In this document: positions 1 to 15,356 of the stretch, one piece after another
How positions within the stretch are numbered: the stretch's first letter is position 1
Layout: each line of letters starts with the position of its first letter
Notes under the pieces: generated by a model
Told to the model about the DNA's origin: nothing
Seen by the model: only the letters and a program-made list of their open reading frames with translations
Databases searched by the model: none
NCBI RefSeq assembly: GCF_009914755.1
Contig: NC_060947.1
Direction: 5' to 3' (one strand)
DNA length: 64,000 nucleotides
Origin: the human T2T-CHM13v2.0 reference genome, Homo sapiens
Translations under genes and position numbers: made by a program

Positions 1-1306
1 TGGCATATGCTCTTTTTTAGCAAATCTACTTGTGAGTATTAAAGTCTGACAATCCTTTCTCAAAGTTAGTATCATCTTTTAAATAATACCATATACCAAA
101 TAAGAATTAAGAAGTCACTGTATTATTTCTATCCTGGATTATTTCTCTAAGCAGAATCATCAACATTGATACATAACAGGGATTTATTTGAGTTCAATGG
201 CAAATCAGTTACATCAGTATAACAGTTAATTATATTCATTCTCTTTAATAGATGATGAAATTCTACAATATGAACTTAATTAAAAGTATCCCAGTGAGCA
301 CAGGTATGCTCAAAGTTTCTTTCTGCGCAAGTTGAAACAGATGCGACCACTGGAAGATTTGCTCACTTAGGTCTTCCAGGTCATTGCTAGGGCAATTACC
401 TAAAATGTCATTTGAAGCATTAAACTAAAAATATAATCATCTGAAGAAATTATTATTGATTCCGATTTTCTCTCTGTTATTTGGAGAAGTAATAGGCACA
501 GGAAAAAAGAAGACAGTATTGTGAGTAGGAAAATAGATTATCATACAGTGTTTTTCAAGTTGCAAGAAAAGAAGCATTTAATAATTTCTTCAGACAGGAA
601 CAAATCATCATTTAAATAAAGGGACAAACAAACATGATTTAACCTTCAACACAGATATGTGTTACATACACATGCATTCACACACATAAACACAGGCACT
701 TGTGGGTTAGAGCTCTCTCTGGTTAAATTATAATGTCACCGTAGTCACTAATCATGACCAGACACCAGGACAGGACGCGGTACAGAGCAATCCACACTCC
801 AGCTCCCCAACTTGCCAGCAGGCTGCTTTGCAGTGTTTCAGGAAAGAAGAAGAAAATGAGTTGACATCTGCAAGAGATAATGTCTGGAAATTCACTTCTA
901 CATCTAGTAAATAACTGCCATTCTTTCCAAAGATGCAGAATTTCGTTGATAAGCTATCTCATCAGTGACTTAACCATTTGGAAACATCTCCCTTCAACTT
1001 ACTGTTCCGTGTTCTCAAAATAATAGTTTCAGCAAGATCAGGGGAAGCTACCCCTCTCCTTTTTTTCCCCCTTCCCTTGCTTTCAGCACCATCAAAATCT
1101 GGAGAGCTGAATAGAGATTACAATTTGTGAAGGGGAAACCTAAGGTTGTATGAGAGATATGAACCCCACCCCCCAATTCCCAGGGGAAAGCACCTGTCTT
1201 GAACTTTGCACAAGGATCTGCCACTGAGTTTCATCCTTATTTTCTCTTCTTGCTCTGTATTCCTCATAGTTGAATCATTTGTAGTGAATATTTTTTCTAA
1301 GGCATC

Positions 1307-1808
1307 TGTATTTGTTTTCTATTGCCATTATAGTAACTTACCACAAACTTCACAACTTAAAATATTCCAATTTATTATTTTATAATTCTGAAGGTCAAAA
1401 GTCTGGAATCGAACTCCCTAAGCTAAAATCAAGGTATTGGCAGGGCTGCATCCCTTTCTGGAGGCTCCAGGGGAGAATTGGTTTCTTTGCCTTTTCCAGC
1501 TTCTAGAGGCTGCCTACATTCCTTGGCTCATGGTCTCTTCCTCCATCTTCAAAGCTGGCAATGTCTACTTGTGTGTTTCTCATGCTGCATCTCTCTGACA
1601 CTGACTCTCCTGTCTGTTTTTCTTACATGGACCTCTACAACTATATTGAGCCCACCTAGATAATTCAGGATAATCTCTTTATTTTAGGGTCAGCTGATAG
1701 CAATCTCAATTCCATCTGCTATCTTAATTACCCCTTGCCATCTAATTTAACATATTCAGATTCTGGGGATGTGGATATCTTTGGGGGACCATTATTCTAC
1801 CTACCATA
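1307..1808 (-). mobile_element. MLT1 (MLT1D-like) MaLR solo LTR
   Basis: Typical MLT1 reverse-strand text (aaatcaaggtattggcagggctgcatccctttctggaggctccagggagaa ... ggggaccattattctacctaccata); near-TSD gcatc/acatc. Confidence 0.85.
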
Positions 1809-2561
1809 ACATCTTTCTGGAAGCCTCAGCTTCTACTCAAACAAGCTGACCCCAAGCTAGGGGCCACATCTCTTCTTTGTACTCATGCATTTTTTTCAGT
1901 TGAAGTTTTTTCAATTGGAATAAGTTCCAGACTCATTCTGTCCGGTGTGAGAGTAGGTAGCAGCATTTCAAGAGGCTAAGATGCTTCTGTCATCCCAAGC
2001 TTTGCAGAGAAAGGGTTGATGGGGCACAGTATGTTTGAGATTTTTTTTTTCCTAGCCTAAGAACCAAATTGGAGATCTTATTTATAGATATTCCACCAAT
2101 ATGTCTTTATTTTCTTCACATATTTTTGGCTAGTAAGTGTTGGAATCATCATCATTTACATATTTCCCCCAATGGAAAATCAGTTACTGGAAACAGAGAC
2201 AACAAACAGATGGCCATTAGGCCAGCTGTGTTGTGAATAAAAACAGAGTAGAACTAAGTTACAAAGACATGGAAGACAGAATAGACTTGGTTCTGGCCGT
2301 TAGCCAGGTTAAATTGGTATGTATGTGGCAACTGTGCTGCAAAACCAATGAAACCATTATGATCAGCTAGACCACAAAGAGAAAGAAAACCTATGAGAAC
2401 ACTGAAGTTGTCCACAAAGAAGCAGATTCTAATATGAAGATTGTGCATCCTAAAGGTTATGCAAGATAACCCATTGGGGTGTGAAACAAACTGTAAGCAT
2501 TTTTATACCCATATCTCTATTTAAAATAAGAACTTCAACTTTACCAATATTTAAAATACAA

Positions 2562-2685
2562 GCCAGGCTTGTTGTCACATGTCTGTAATGCCAGCTACTC
2601 AGGAAGCTGAGGCAGGAGGATGTCTTGAGCCCAGGATTTCAAGACCAGCCTGGGCAACATAGCAAGAACCCTGTCTCAAAAAAAT
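2562..2685 (+). mobile_element. FLAM (free left Alu monomer)
   Basis: ~120-bp monomer ending ccctgtctcaaaaaaa; aaaataca on both sides. Confidence 0.85.
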
Positions 2686-2739
2686 ACAGTTTGACACTGC
2701 CACACTCATTGGCTTTGTACTTCAGCCATTCACATATCA

Positions 2740-3162
<423 letters not shown>

Positions 3163-4735
3163 CTAAATTGACCCTTACAAAATGGACAAGTGCTTAAAAA
3201 ATATGCACGTATCTTAAAGATTCTATAAGAAACTGCATAAGAAGATAAAACTAAGATGGGCCCGGGTAAGCATGAAGCAAAAGGAAGAAACAGTATTCCC
3301 CCAACCACCAGTGTAATCTCTTCAGTCACAGAAAAATGCCCAGTGTGATCAAATCGGACACATTCAATTTTGAGCACAAAAATATTTTTGTATTTTAAAT
3401 GCATACAGTAAAAATAAAAATCATGTTATATTAATACTTGTTTCATCTTCCGCTCTGTTTAAATTTTTATTTAGTGCATATTTTAAGATGTTTGTAATAG
3501 ATTAGTACAATAGTCCATGCTTGTACTTTATATTCTGAGGGTGTATACACATATTTTGAGGGTAGGTATTCAAATTTCTTTTATGGATAAGGGTACACAA
3601 TCAAGATGGTTTGTAGACCATTGCTCTAGAGGATAGAGCTTTTGGAGGGAGGCAACAAATTCCAAAGGAAAGGTTTGGCATGGAAAAACACTTAAAAGCT
3701 CACTGAGAGAAGGGTGTATCAGGGAACTCTAGTGTAGGTCATAGGACTTGCTACACTAAGTTGCAAATTTGTCCAAATCTGACATTGCCAGGAAGCTAAG
3801 TCTTGCACTAATCTTTGTGTAGTACTTTTATCCTATAATAGGGTCCATGACATATTAGATAAAGAAAAGAAAATAAACCATAAGGGTCTCAGTGAGATCT
3901 TCAAAATTTTACACTTCTACTTTGTTTTTAATGCTTAGTAAAAGAACTGCTGAAAAAGTCATTAAAAAATGAGTATTTTGTCTTTAACCAAGAGCCGGGA
4001 AGTATCTCAGAAACATATTTCAACATTAAAATATCAAATAATCAATTTTTATAAGAAGTGCATTTAATTAGCAACTTGGCTATAGCTAGCACACAGTGAG
4101 TTAATCTAATAATCAGTGACTCTCTGGACAGAGTCATCTTAAATTCAGCTATTCTTTTATCGATTTAAGAAATGTAATAATATGCATTTTATAGCAAATG
4201 GCTAGAAAATTTCAGCTACAGAATACTTCATTCTATGAAGCCTGATTATTTTATGGCTTAGAAGATGTTCATAACTTCTGTTCCAACATGATACAGAAGC
4301 ATCCTTCAGAATGTTATCTTTAAGATCACAGAAGTTAAGAGATTTAAATTTCAAAGTGAATATTATCCATTTTCTGTTCTTTTTTAGCCTACTTCTAGGC
4401 AAGCCCTCTGATGCCCTCATCGTTTGTTTAAAGTTTCTCTTTCTTCCAGGCTACTTTGCGAATCAATTCCAGATCACAGAGGAGAGAAAACCTTATTCCT
4501 TTTTTCCACCCCAAGCTCACCTTCCTAGACAAGATTTTTATCTACATTAAATACATTCGCTAACCCAGGATAGTGACCTACCCATAGCAGTGGCTTCTGT
4601 GGAGCTCAGCAGAACATAGAGAAGTCCCACAATGCTTGATTAAAGCCATCAGGAAAGCCTGAGGTAATTCTAAAAGATCCCACTCTGTGGTACAAAATGG
4701 CCCTAGAAGCCAATCTTCTGACTACTTGTCATTTT

Positions 4736-4753
4736 ATTTCATTTCATTTCATT

Positions 4754-4785
<32 letters not shown>

Positions 4786-5055
4786 TGATTCAGGGTCTCA
4801 CTCTGTCAGGCTGGAGTGTATGGTGTGATCTCGGCTCACTGCAGCCTCGATTTCCTGGGCACAAGCAATCTTCCCACCTCAGCCTACTGAGTAGCTGGGC
4901 TACAGGCGAGTGCCACCAGCTAATTTTTTGTATTTTTTGTAGAAATGGGGTTTCACTGTGTTGCCCAGGCTGGTCTCGAACTCCTGGGCTTAAGTGATCT
5001 GCCTGCTTCGGCCTCCCGAGGTGCTGAGATTACAAGTGTGAGCCACCACCTGGCC
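4736..5055 (-). mobile_element. AluJ
   Basis: Reverse Alu with J-type gcagcctcg / ctcctgggcttaagtgatc; TSD ttgtcatttt. Confidence 0.92.
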
Positions 5056-5314
5056 TTGTCATTTTGTTACCGTTAACACTTTCCTCTAGGTCTGGTTCCC
5101 AATGCGCAGAATCCGGGGAATTTGAACAGGGCTCTCTTGGAGAGTTGTTTCATTCTATGTGCTGGGATAAAAACAAATTATTTTTCCTGCTAGGAATGCA
5201 CTAAAGATCCCTCCACTGTATCTTCCAGGAGGTTCATATTAGTATTTGCTTTAGGGATAATGTTTTGGATTGCACCACAGAGCAAAGTTTTTGGTCAGAC
5301 AATCTAATGGGACT

Positions 5315-5531
5315 AATAACAGCCGACCTGAACATTGACAATTCTTGCACATTATCCCATTCCATCCTCACAGATCAGAGAAACCCAATTAGGTAACATT
5401 TCCCCACTTCATAGACCAGGGAAGGAAATTTCTGAGAGGTTAATTGATGTGCTGAAAGGCACATAAAGTGCCCGGCTCAGTCCCACGTCTGGCTCTAGAT
5501 TCCTTTTTAGTTCTTCTGTATTATGCTGTCT
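5315..5531 (-). mobile_element. MIR (degraded)
   Basis: ccccacttcatagac...tctgagaggttaattgatgtgctgaaaggcaca core. Confidence 0.6.
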
Positions 5532-6092
5532 CTTCTAAATGGATTATTAGGTTGGTAATGTTATTCTTAGTCATTCTGCCCAAATAATGAATAACAGATT
5601 ATACATTTAAGATGTTAAAATGTATCATAATTTTATTATAACTGAAAATGTTCAGAATTTTTTTAAATAATAATTTTGGGGAAAAGAAAACTTCCTTATA
5701 CATTGTTTCCTCAGTATTTTTTTCATTAGGTATTTTTTCCATTTGGCTGTGGCAATCCTTGAGATTGATTCTCACTGTCAGGGTCATAACTCTCTCTCTT
5801 TCACCCAGCGGTAACCATGGAAACATATGTATAACACGTCCTGCTTCTTTTAATATGATTATTCATGAGTTGCCATAAAAATATAAAGTGTATTTGTTTG
5901 CATATTTAATTGTTAAAATAACACAAGTATTTGCTTTTAAAATACCTACTCATAGCTCTGTGGTCATGTATACATAAAGTACCAACCATTCTTAAATCCT
6001 AGGATTAAGAAGTGACATGTTGCAAATTTAGAGTACCTTGCTCTTCACCAGTTGTATAGCAAAAGAGTTTTAGTCAGTTTAGAAGTACCATG

Positions 6093-6460
<368 letters not shown>

Positions 6461-6463
6461 AAG

Positions 6464-6481
6464 CAGCAGCAGCAGCAGCAG
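6464..6481 (+). repeat. (CAG)6 microsatellite
   Basis: Direct reading. Confidence 0.95.
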
Positions 6482-6624
6482 TACCATTGGTCGAATTAGG
6501 GTTCCTGTCCCATTTTTCTGCATACATTTAAAGTCTAATGTGATATAGTAAGTACTTTCTCCTTTGAAGATCAGCTATAATCTCAGAACTTAATATTTCA
6601 CTTGTATAGAAGTTACTCTTAAAT

Positions 6625-7060
6625 CAGATTCTATGACCCAGACAGCCATCCAGAATTTTAGTTCGTCATCTCTAGCTTCCTAATAAAAATATCCAAGTGG
6701 ATGTCCCACTACCCCTTCCAATTCAATTTGCCTAAAACCAAACTTGTTATCTTTCCTTCAGGGTTCAAGTCCTTTCAGAAATTTCTTAATTCAATCTCCA
6801 ATCCCATCATTCTCTTAGTTACTCAGGCTTAAACTTTTGTTATCCTACGGCATTTTCTTTCTCTCTTCTTTCACGTCCTATATCCTATAAATTATTCTTA
6901 GCTTCTACTAGCCTTTCTATTTCCACTGCCACACTTGTTACATTGTGCTGAGACTACCCTACAGTGCTTTAACAAGTCTTCTCCCCCAGCTCTCATCTCT
7001 TTGTATCTGCCTTCCAGTCTACTCCAAGGTCGAACTGTCTAACTCAACATTTTGCATATG
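6625..7060 (+). mobile_element. L2 LINE fragment
   Basis: gtggatgtcccactacc...caatttgcctaaaaccaaacttgttatctttcc resembles the L2 ORF2 'NMSKTELLIF' region. Confidence 0.65.
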
Positions 7061-7956
7061 ACCCTCACCCCCTCACGACAACCATTTCTTCTAAATTAAA
7101 TTGATGTATAACACCATTCAAAAGTTATTTCTTTCAGCTTCAAAACAATCACTCCAGTATATACATTACTTGCCAACATGATGTGAGGTGAACCACATTT
7201 CTTGCCCACACGCTGTTCTCATTTCTGTTCTAGTTCCTCACTTACGACTTGTAAATTGAAAGCACCTAGATTTCTGTTGTTATTCTGGATGAGTAATGGC
7301 AGGACAACCCTAAATCCCAAGTATTTCTGTGGCTCTTTTAAGGAAAAGAAATATACAAAAATAGTCTAAAGGAAGAAAAATATAAATATTCTAAACATTA
7401 GTCTTATATCTGTGTTACATTGCCATTATATCAGTTTTGCTTGAAATAAGACTGTGGAGATTAGATATTAGTTTTAATTTATGACATTTGGCAATTGTAA
7501 ACAATTTGTGTTACTTTATTCTTTTAGAATCTGTGTAGTTTTCCAAAATTAAAATTAAAATTCCATTTCTAGCCATAGAGGAGTCTTCTTAGTTCTATTT
7601 GAGTCAACAATCATTTTTAAAGTTTTAATTTGAAAATTAAGGACAGATCCAACTAGGATTGTGAGTCCAGCAGACATACTGTGTGAGCACACAGCTGTGG
7701 CATATCTGTGGAACGGATAAGGGTGGCATATTTTGGCACTTGTGGAACTTATTCCCATCATTTTAAACAATGCTTGGTAGGTTTATATCAACAGATTTAT
7801 TTTCCCTTCAGCTATTACGAGAGTAAAGCAGAGACCTAAGGTCTGGCATATGAATCTTACAAATGAGGGATTTTTAACTAGGAGCGACTCTGAAAGCTTC
7901 TTACATTCTTGGGACAGTCTGCAGTCATAGATTGAATGAGAAAAGCCTCATATTTT

Positions 7957-8274
<318 letters not shown>

Positions 8275-9184
8275 GAAAAGCCCCATGTCTTTTCATTGAC
8301 CATATACGATCTCTTAACCAGCACAGCATTGATGCATTTCAGCCATCTCACAAAACTTCCCTTTTATCATTCTGAAATGATTTTATCTTTCCCAAGAGAC
8401 TGATAGACAAAGCAGCTTTGTATACTCACGTCCTGGTTATTGTGCATTATTAGGAAACAGATAGGAAAGCTACCCTCATACAGAGGCTATGTAAATATTA
8501 TTTGGGGAAGAGGAAAAACACATATGGGTGCTAAGAAGATAAGACAGTGCCTCTGACCGTTCTATTTGATGTTTCTTAAACCTGCATTGTTATGAAAACT
8601 CAGGTAAATGAATTTGTAATGACTACTGAAAATGAAACAGGAGTATACTTGAATAAGTATTGACATTTTTTTTTCAGGTCATTTACTTTAAGACTCACAA
8701 AGAACATATTAGCTAATAGAATTCATGGCCAAACCATGATGTAAATGGAGCTAAGGTCAGAATTAGATTCCTTAGGGAGCTGAAGAAAAAACACGGCTAT
8801 GACCCTAAAACCAATCTGCTGACTGTTTTCTGCTGACTCTTTTCTGATGCAAAGTAAATGGTGGGAAAAAAAAAACTGATACTAAAAACAAACAAATAAA
8901 CAAAAAAACCTCTAACTATCCAACCACCTGTGCAATACAATAGCTTTCTATAAAATAAAACAGAATGGAAAAAAAATCTCAAAATCATGAGTTGAACCAA
9001 TGAAACATACGGGTTGGTTCAGCATTGCAACCAGATGTCATCTTAATAAAAACCAACACTATTAGCTCTTTGATGATTAATAATAGTAAATACCATTATC
9101 ACACTCAAATATGACTCTTTAGGCTGGGTTACTAATATATACAATCAACCTGCATTTTTCCCGTCTTTCCGGATTTGACAGGAA

Positions 9185-9330
9185 GAGTGGCTGTGGCATG
9201 GAGGAAGATTAAAAGTCTAAGAGAACCTCGGATTTAGATTCTAGTTGCGGCCCTGCCCTTTCTTAGTTGTGTGACCTTGAGAAAATCAGCTAACCTCTCT
9301 GAATCCTATCCCTTCACTTGAAAGTGTGTT
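9185..9330 (+). mobile_element. MIR
   Basis: tagttgtgtgaccttgagaaaatcagctaacctctctgaatcct core. Confidence 0.75.
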
Positions 9331-9349
9331 AAAATGGCACTTATACATG

Positions 9350-9625
9350 ATAATTGTATAAATACGTTTATATATGGCATATATAAGTAATACATATGTA
9401 ATATGACAGTATTGAAGTTAATATAAACTAATATGATATAATGTGTTTATATACTATTTACAAATTATATATTAATATAATGTATTTATATTAACATAAA
9501 TACATGTATATTAGTTTAAATTATATATGAAAATCTTATAATTAAAATTTTTACATATAATTATTAATATATCATAAATTTCTATATTATATATAATAAA
9601 TTTATATATAAATCATATCTATACA
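9350..9625. repeat. AT-rich low-complexity tract
   Basis: Degenerate (TA)n/ATT runs. Confidence 0.85.
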
Positions 9626-9807
9626 CACAATGCTTTGTCATGTGGGGTCATAAAAGAGTACTGCAATCATTATTATGTCTTCGGTTAACTTTACAATGAA
9701 AAGCTTCTTAATCAATATTAAACTACGGGCAAATATAATGCTGCTGCCTTCTAATGTAATTTACTTTAGGAAAAGCAATTGATGAGATAAAAGGTCTTTC
9801 TCTTTTT

Positions 9808-10101
9808 TCATTTTTATTTTTTTGAGACAGAGCCTCGCTCTGTTGCCAGGCTGGAGTGCAGTGGCACGATCTCAGCTCACTGCAACCTCCAGTTCTCTAG
9901 TTCAAGCGATTCTCCTCCTCAGCCTCCCGAGTAGCTGGGATTACAGGCACACACCACCATGCCCAGCTAACTTTTGTATTTTTAGTACAGACGGGGTTTC
10001 ACCATGTTGGCCAGAATGGTCTCAATCTCCTGACCTCGTGATCTGTCTGCCTTGGCCTCCCAAAGTGCTAGGATTACAGGCGTGAGCCACCGCACCCGGC
10101 C
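9808..10101 (-). mobile_element. AluSc-like
   Basis: ctgttgccaggc and tcctgacctcgtgatc; perfect 17-bp TSD aaggtctttctcttttt. Confidence 0.95.
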
Positions 10102-11741
10102 AAGGTCTTTCTCTTTTTAACTTTGTTTGCAATACCTAGCTTGCCTTCATGCTGTTATATTAGGTTAGCATTAATTTTCCATTATTGGAGCAGATTGCCT
10201 ACAAGCACACACATACAAATAGTACACTGAGGAGGAAGGAGCCAGTGCTGAAGTTCTTTTTCTGAAACGTAATAGAGCTTTTCTCATTACTGCAAATACA
10301 TGAATGAATGAACAACATTGCAAGCACAGACGTTGCATACATTCTCTCATCAAGCAGCGCCATCACTGCCTTAGTACTTTTTGTTGTTGTTCAGCATTAT
10401 TGATTTTTCCAACAATCGAGTTTGTTTGCAATAAACTGAACTGGAGCATAACCTTCACTAATTAGAAAAAATGTATGGGTATTAGCTTAAGGAAGCAATA
10501 ACACTTCTTGTACGTTTTCTATCGAAACTCAGGGTGATGCTTTGTAGGAGTGCTATTGTTTCTTTTCCCCCTTGTGACAATGTTGTTAAGTATGATGCAA
10601 AAAAGTCCAAAGACCTTTTAAATAATTTGCATCCATTCTAGAAGGAAGAAGAACTACAAAGGCCAGGTGTGAATGGATATGAAAATAGCAACTTAGAATA
10701 GAAATATCTGCCATTACTCTCTCTGCATACCTCTAAGCCTTTGTCCCTATTTACAATTGTTTTTATATTCTGGTCCACTTTGAAAGTGAACACCTTAAGG
10801 ATCTTTGTTTTAACTATAAAATTTAGAAAATATTCCTTGATTCATATTTATATTTGCTGGGTAATTATCATTTATAAAATCATAGTTGAACTAAGAAGCT
10901 AGAAAAAACTACATGTGTGATTAACTGTTTAGTTTTTCACCATTTCTGGTCAGGCTGTTTGAATTGGCCAATGCAGATTTCTTCATCCCAGCAAAGCTTA
11001 ATCATAGAAGTAATTTCAATTATATAATAAATAAAAGCTGCTTTGCCTCAGCATATTCAGTGATTAAAAATGAGTCGTTTTTTAAAATTTTCAAATCTGA
11101 CAGTATTTCTTGAAAGAAATAATTTGTGATGGAAATAAACTGAAAATGAGGAATACAATGGTCATTGAGGTGCAAACCAATGCAACAGAATAAAGTTAAC
11201 ATGAAATTTGAAATTATTGCCCAGAAATCAAAGTAACTATAAAAATATAGCTGTTATTAGGGAAATCTCTAGTAGGAAAAGAAAGCCAGAAATTATCACA
11301 TTAGCATTACCATGGGATGTCATTCTAGTTCTTAAATAGAACTAAAGACGAGAGCATCGTGACTCTACCATTCATATGAAGGAGACTAAATAGACAATGA
11401 TCTTGAATCCATTTCCTTTTAAAAATCTTAACAGCATAGGGTAAGTATTTGGTGATGGATTCTTGGCTGCAGAAAATTCCTCATGATAAACAGGGTGCTA
11501 TCATTAAATAACACACATGCTAAATGCTGGGAATACATTAATTCCTCCAAGTCCAATTCCCTGTAAGTCATCTTATTCTCTAAAAATCATTGTCATAAAG
11601 GGAATTCTGTGTGTGACATCTGAGAGTAAGCATGTTTAGAAGTGTCTCAAGAGTACCTGACAGTAATAAAATCAGGAAGGTAAGACAAGAATTATCCAGT
11701 CTTTGCAGGGTCAAAAATGACCCTTCTCTTTATTCCTTAAG

Positions 11742-12084
<343 letters not shown>

Positions 12085-12931
12085 TAGCTTTGGCCTTCAC
12101 TAGCATTACTACAGTCCTATATGTAAAAGTATACTGCTGATGAGGAAAATATACCTCATTTAAAATGTGTGCTTTAAAGTCGAGTCTCTGCTATCTACCA
12201 TACCAATGTAGGTTTTGGTCACTATCAAGTTATTTTCGTTCTCAGCAAGTAAAACTGCCATGTTCTTCATGATTTTTTTCTATGCATACACAGTCATTGC
12301 TAAGATAAACATTATTTTTAGACATCAAAATTCCTAGCTTATTATTTTACATCATATTAGTGCAATTGTCAAGAGACAATTTTATATTTCTTAATTCACT
12401 TTTTCTCTTTGTAATCTGAGTTCCCCAAATAAGAGAAATATTAATAAGGGTGGCATATTTTGGCACTTGTGGAATTAACTAGCAATATGTAAATTCCTAA
12501 ATAGCATACTGTTAAAATGCTTCTATTCTTCAAACTCTAATAATTTGCTAAGAAATTATGATAATAAATTTTAAGAATTTTTGGCTAAGTGCAGAAAAAT
12601 CTGTTGAATTATTAATACATTAGCAAAATGTATCATTTAGGGAAATAATTTTATTGTAAGGAAAGAACTTAGAAATTTGATAATAAGCATAATTTAATGA
12701 ATAATTTTCTGAATGAGTCATTTCTTTGCAATAAAAAGAATTTTTCTCTCTACATATGTGTGGAGCAAGTTTCTGTAAAGGAATCCAAAACTTGTAAGGA
12801 AGGGAAGCCAAAGAATTACCAAAAAATATTCCTGGGTGTTTTGAGGTTTCATAAGATATTTGATAACATATTGAATGACTCTCTTTGTGAAACATTTAGT
12901 AGCAGACAGTGCAGGAAAAAGCTCATTCTTT

Positions 12932-13226
12932 TTTTTTTTTCTTCGCGACAAATTCTTACTCTGTCACCCAGACTGGAGTGCAGTGGCGCGATCTCAGCTC
13001 ACTGCAACCTCTGACTCCTGGGTTCAAGTGATTCTCATGCCTCAGCCTCCCAAGTAGCAGGGATTACAGGCATGTGCCACCATGCCTGGCTAATTTTTGT
13101 ATTTTTAGTAGAGACAGGGTTTTGCCCTGTTGGCCAGGCTGGTCTTGAACTACTGGCCTCAAGTGATCCACCCGTCTTGGCCTTCCAAAGTGCTGGAATT
13201 ACAGGCGTGATCCGCTGCACCCAGCT
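12932..13226 (-). mobile_element. Alu (Sz/Jb-like)
   Basis: Reverse Alu; TSD aaagctcattcttt. Confidence 0.95.
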
Positions 13227-13289
13227 GAAAGCTCATTCTTTACTAATCATGAAACCCTATATTAAAAAAAACAAAACAATAAACTATTA

Positions 13290-13372
13290 GGCTGGTCTTT
13301 TCCAGTGATATAGCCAAAGCACCATGCCAGCAAGTGAAACATAATAGGCCCTCAATAAATAATTGTTGAAAT
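13290..13372 (+). mobile_element. L2 3' end
   Basis: acataataggccctcaataaataattgttgaa terminal motif. Confidence 0.55.
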
Positions 13373-14769
13373 AGCCATATGATCAGACTTCACACACAAA
13401 GGCTGAACTGAGTTGAGGTAATTCAGGATAGAACCCACTGGATAATCAAGCACATAATATTGGCTTTAATTATGTAGCTGTTTCAGAATTGAGAGGTGAT
13501 GAAGGGACTCAAACAGCTTGATGCTCTGGCTACTGGGCTGTTTGGATGGCTATGTGCTCTTTGCTCTTACTCCATTGTGAATTTCTGAAGCCAGGACAGC
13601 CTTAATTAGATGTGAGTCTGATATGATAAATATGTTGCTATGGTGAATATGAATGTTTCATACAACAATATTTCATGCCAATTAACAGTAAATTCCAAAT
13701 ACTTTGCCAATAAAATTGAAAATACCATTATTCCATTGGCCTGTCCATGATGGCATAAATAATGCATATTTGTTTATTTATCAAGAGGGCTCTTATTGAA
13801 CACCCTGAGCTTTCTAACAGTTATCTCCCTTGTGCAGTGTGCCAGCTCATTAGGAAGACTAAAGTCACAGTGGAGTCATCCTGAAATGACTTCAACACAA
13901 ATTCCATGTAAAAAGATTTTTGGAGAGCCATCTGTCCCGGGGTCTAGGTTATCTTTTGGAAATTGGAACTAAATGGATGAAAAGTATAGAAATGCTTTGG
14001 TCTTCCAAATACTTTCTTAATCACCTCTAATTGTAAAAAGAGGAAAAAGTGGCTTTAAGAAAAAATAGCAAATTAAATTAATTCATAAGCTATTTTGTAT
14101 GATACAGGAGACAGACATTTATAAAAGTAATTGTGCTTAGTTATCTTATTGCAAGCCTTCATCTCCACATTTGACTTCACTGGCAAATGCGGCAACTTAC
14201 AAAACAAATCAGGCCATTTCAACGCTAGTACTACAGAGCTTGTTTTTCTCCCCCAATCTTAAAGAGACTTCATGGATATTTTAATGTTAGATTTTACAAT
14301 TTAACATATTAAGATATGATTACTAAAGACTAATTCTTGTCTCTGCTACCTCCATGATTTCATTACTGTCATGTGCCGTTGGGACGCTTATAAAGCCAGA
14401 AACAACTGTAGCAGAATGTGTAGATTACATGCCATTAGTTTCACTGTTCATAATGCCGAGCATATTCCAGAGTATGTGCTGAATGCCTCCAACCTTCATG
14501 AAGATATCCTTTTTCCTTTTTTCCATAAAAAGACATCATTGATGGCAACTAGTATAATGGACAGATCATTCAAAAAGCACATTTGATCATCAAACATTTT
14601 CCAGGTACCAAAAACTTTCTGGAAACACACAATAGAATTTAAACCTAGTAAGAAGGCTGGATGTGAACATATTGAACTCTAAGCCAATAAAATGTACAAT
14701 AATAGAGGTATGCAATTAGTATATGGAGACACAGTTGATGATGCCATTAATTTTTCTTTGGGAGGTAAT

Positions 14770-15001
14770 AATTATAACATCTAATCTTAACTGAGTAATT
14801 ACTGTGGGTCACATTCTGCTTTAAGTGCTTTAAATGTACTAACAGAGTGAGAGGGAATGGATATTATTTCCATGTTTTTAGACTCTAAGATATAATGCAT
14901 CTTATCCAAAGCCATGGGGCTAGTTGGCAGTGGAGCTAACATTTTAACTCGGGAAATATGGGTCCAAAACCTAGGTTTTTGGCCCCCAGGCCATACTGCC
15001 T
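14770..15001 (-). mobile_element. MIR
   Basis: ctgagtaattactgtg...ctttaagtgcttta...cttatccaaagccatggggctagttggcagtggagc. Confidence 0.65.
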
Positions 15002-15356
15002 TTCTGTTTTAGAGTCATCTAAGAAAAGTCTGGAGACAAATTGATATTTTTGTTAAAATCTAAAATATGAAGATGACTTCATCATTTAAAGAAAGAGTAG
15101 GAAGAGAATTTAAACAAAGGACATATAGTGAGCAAAATTAGGAAGAAATATGGGTCCAAAACCTAGGTTTTTGGCCCCCAGGCCATACTGCCTTTCTGTT
15201 TTAGAGTCATCTAAAAAAAAGTCATCTAAGAAAAGTCTGGAGACAGATTGATATTTTTGTTAAAATCTAAAATATGAAGATGACTTCATCATTTAAAGAA
15301 AGAATAGAAAGAGAATTTAAACAAAGGACATATAGTGAGCAAAATGAGGAAGAAAT
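14953..15356 (+). repeat. 192-bp tandem duplication (2 copies)
   Basis: gaaatatgggtccaaaacctagg... starts at 14953 and 15145; about 4 substitutions plus a 15-bp insertion in copy 2. Confidence 0.95.

Noticed and set aside
4425-4669. Strong acceptor at 4449 with a possible donor at 4664
   Set aside because: Weak donor, no recognisable coding frame; similar isolated acceptors at 5089, 7810 and 8678 also lack support
8991-9023. 10-bp stem-loop gttgaaccaa...ttggttcagc
   Set aside because: Too short for a pre-miRNA or known ncRNA; expected by chance
11707-11724. agggtca-aaaa-tgaccct inverted nuclear-receptor half-sites
   Set aside because: Spacer is 4 nt rather than the 3 nt of an ERE; a single such match is unremarkable
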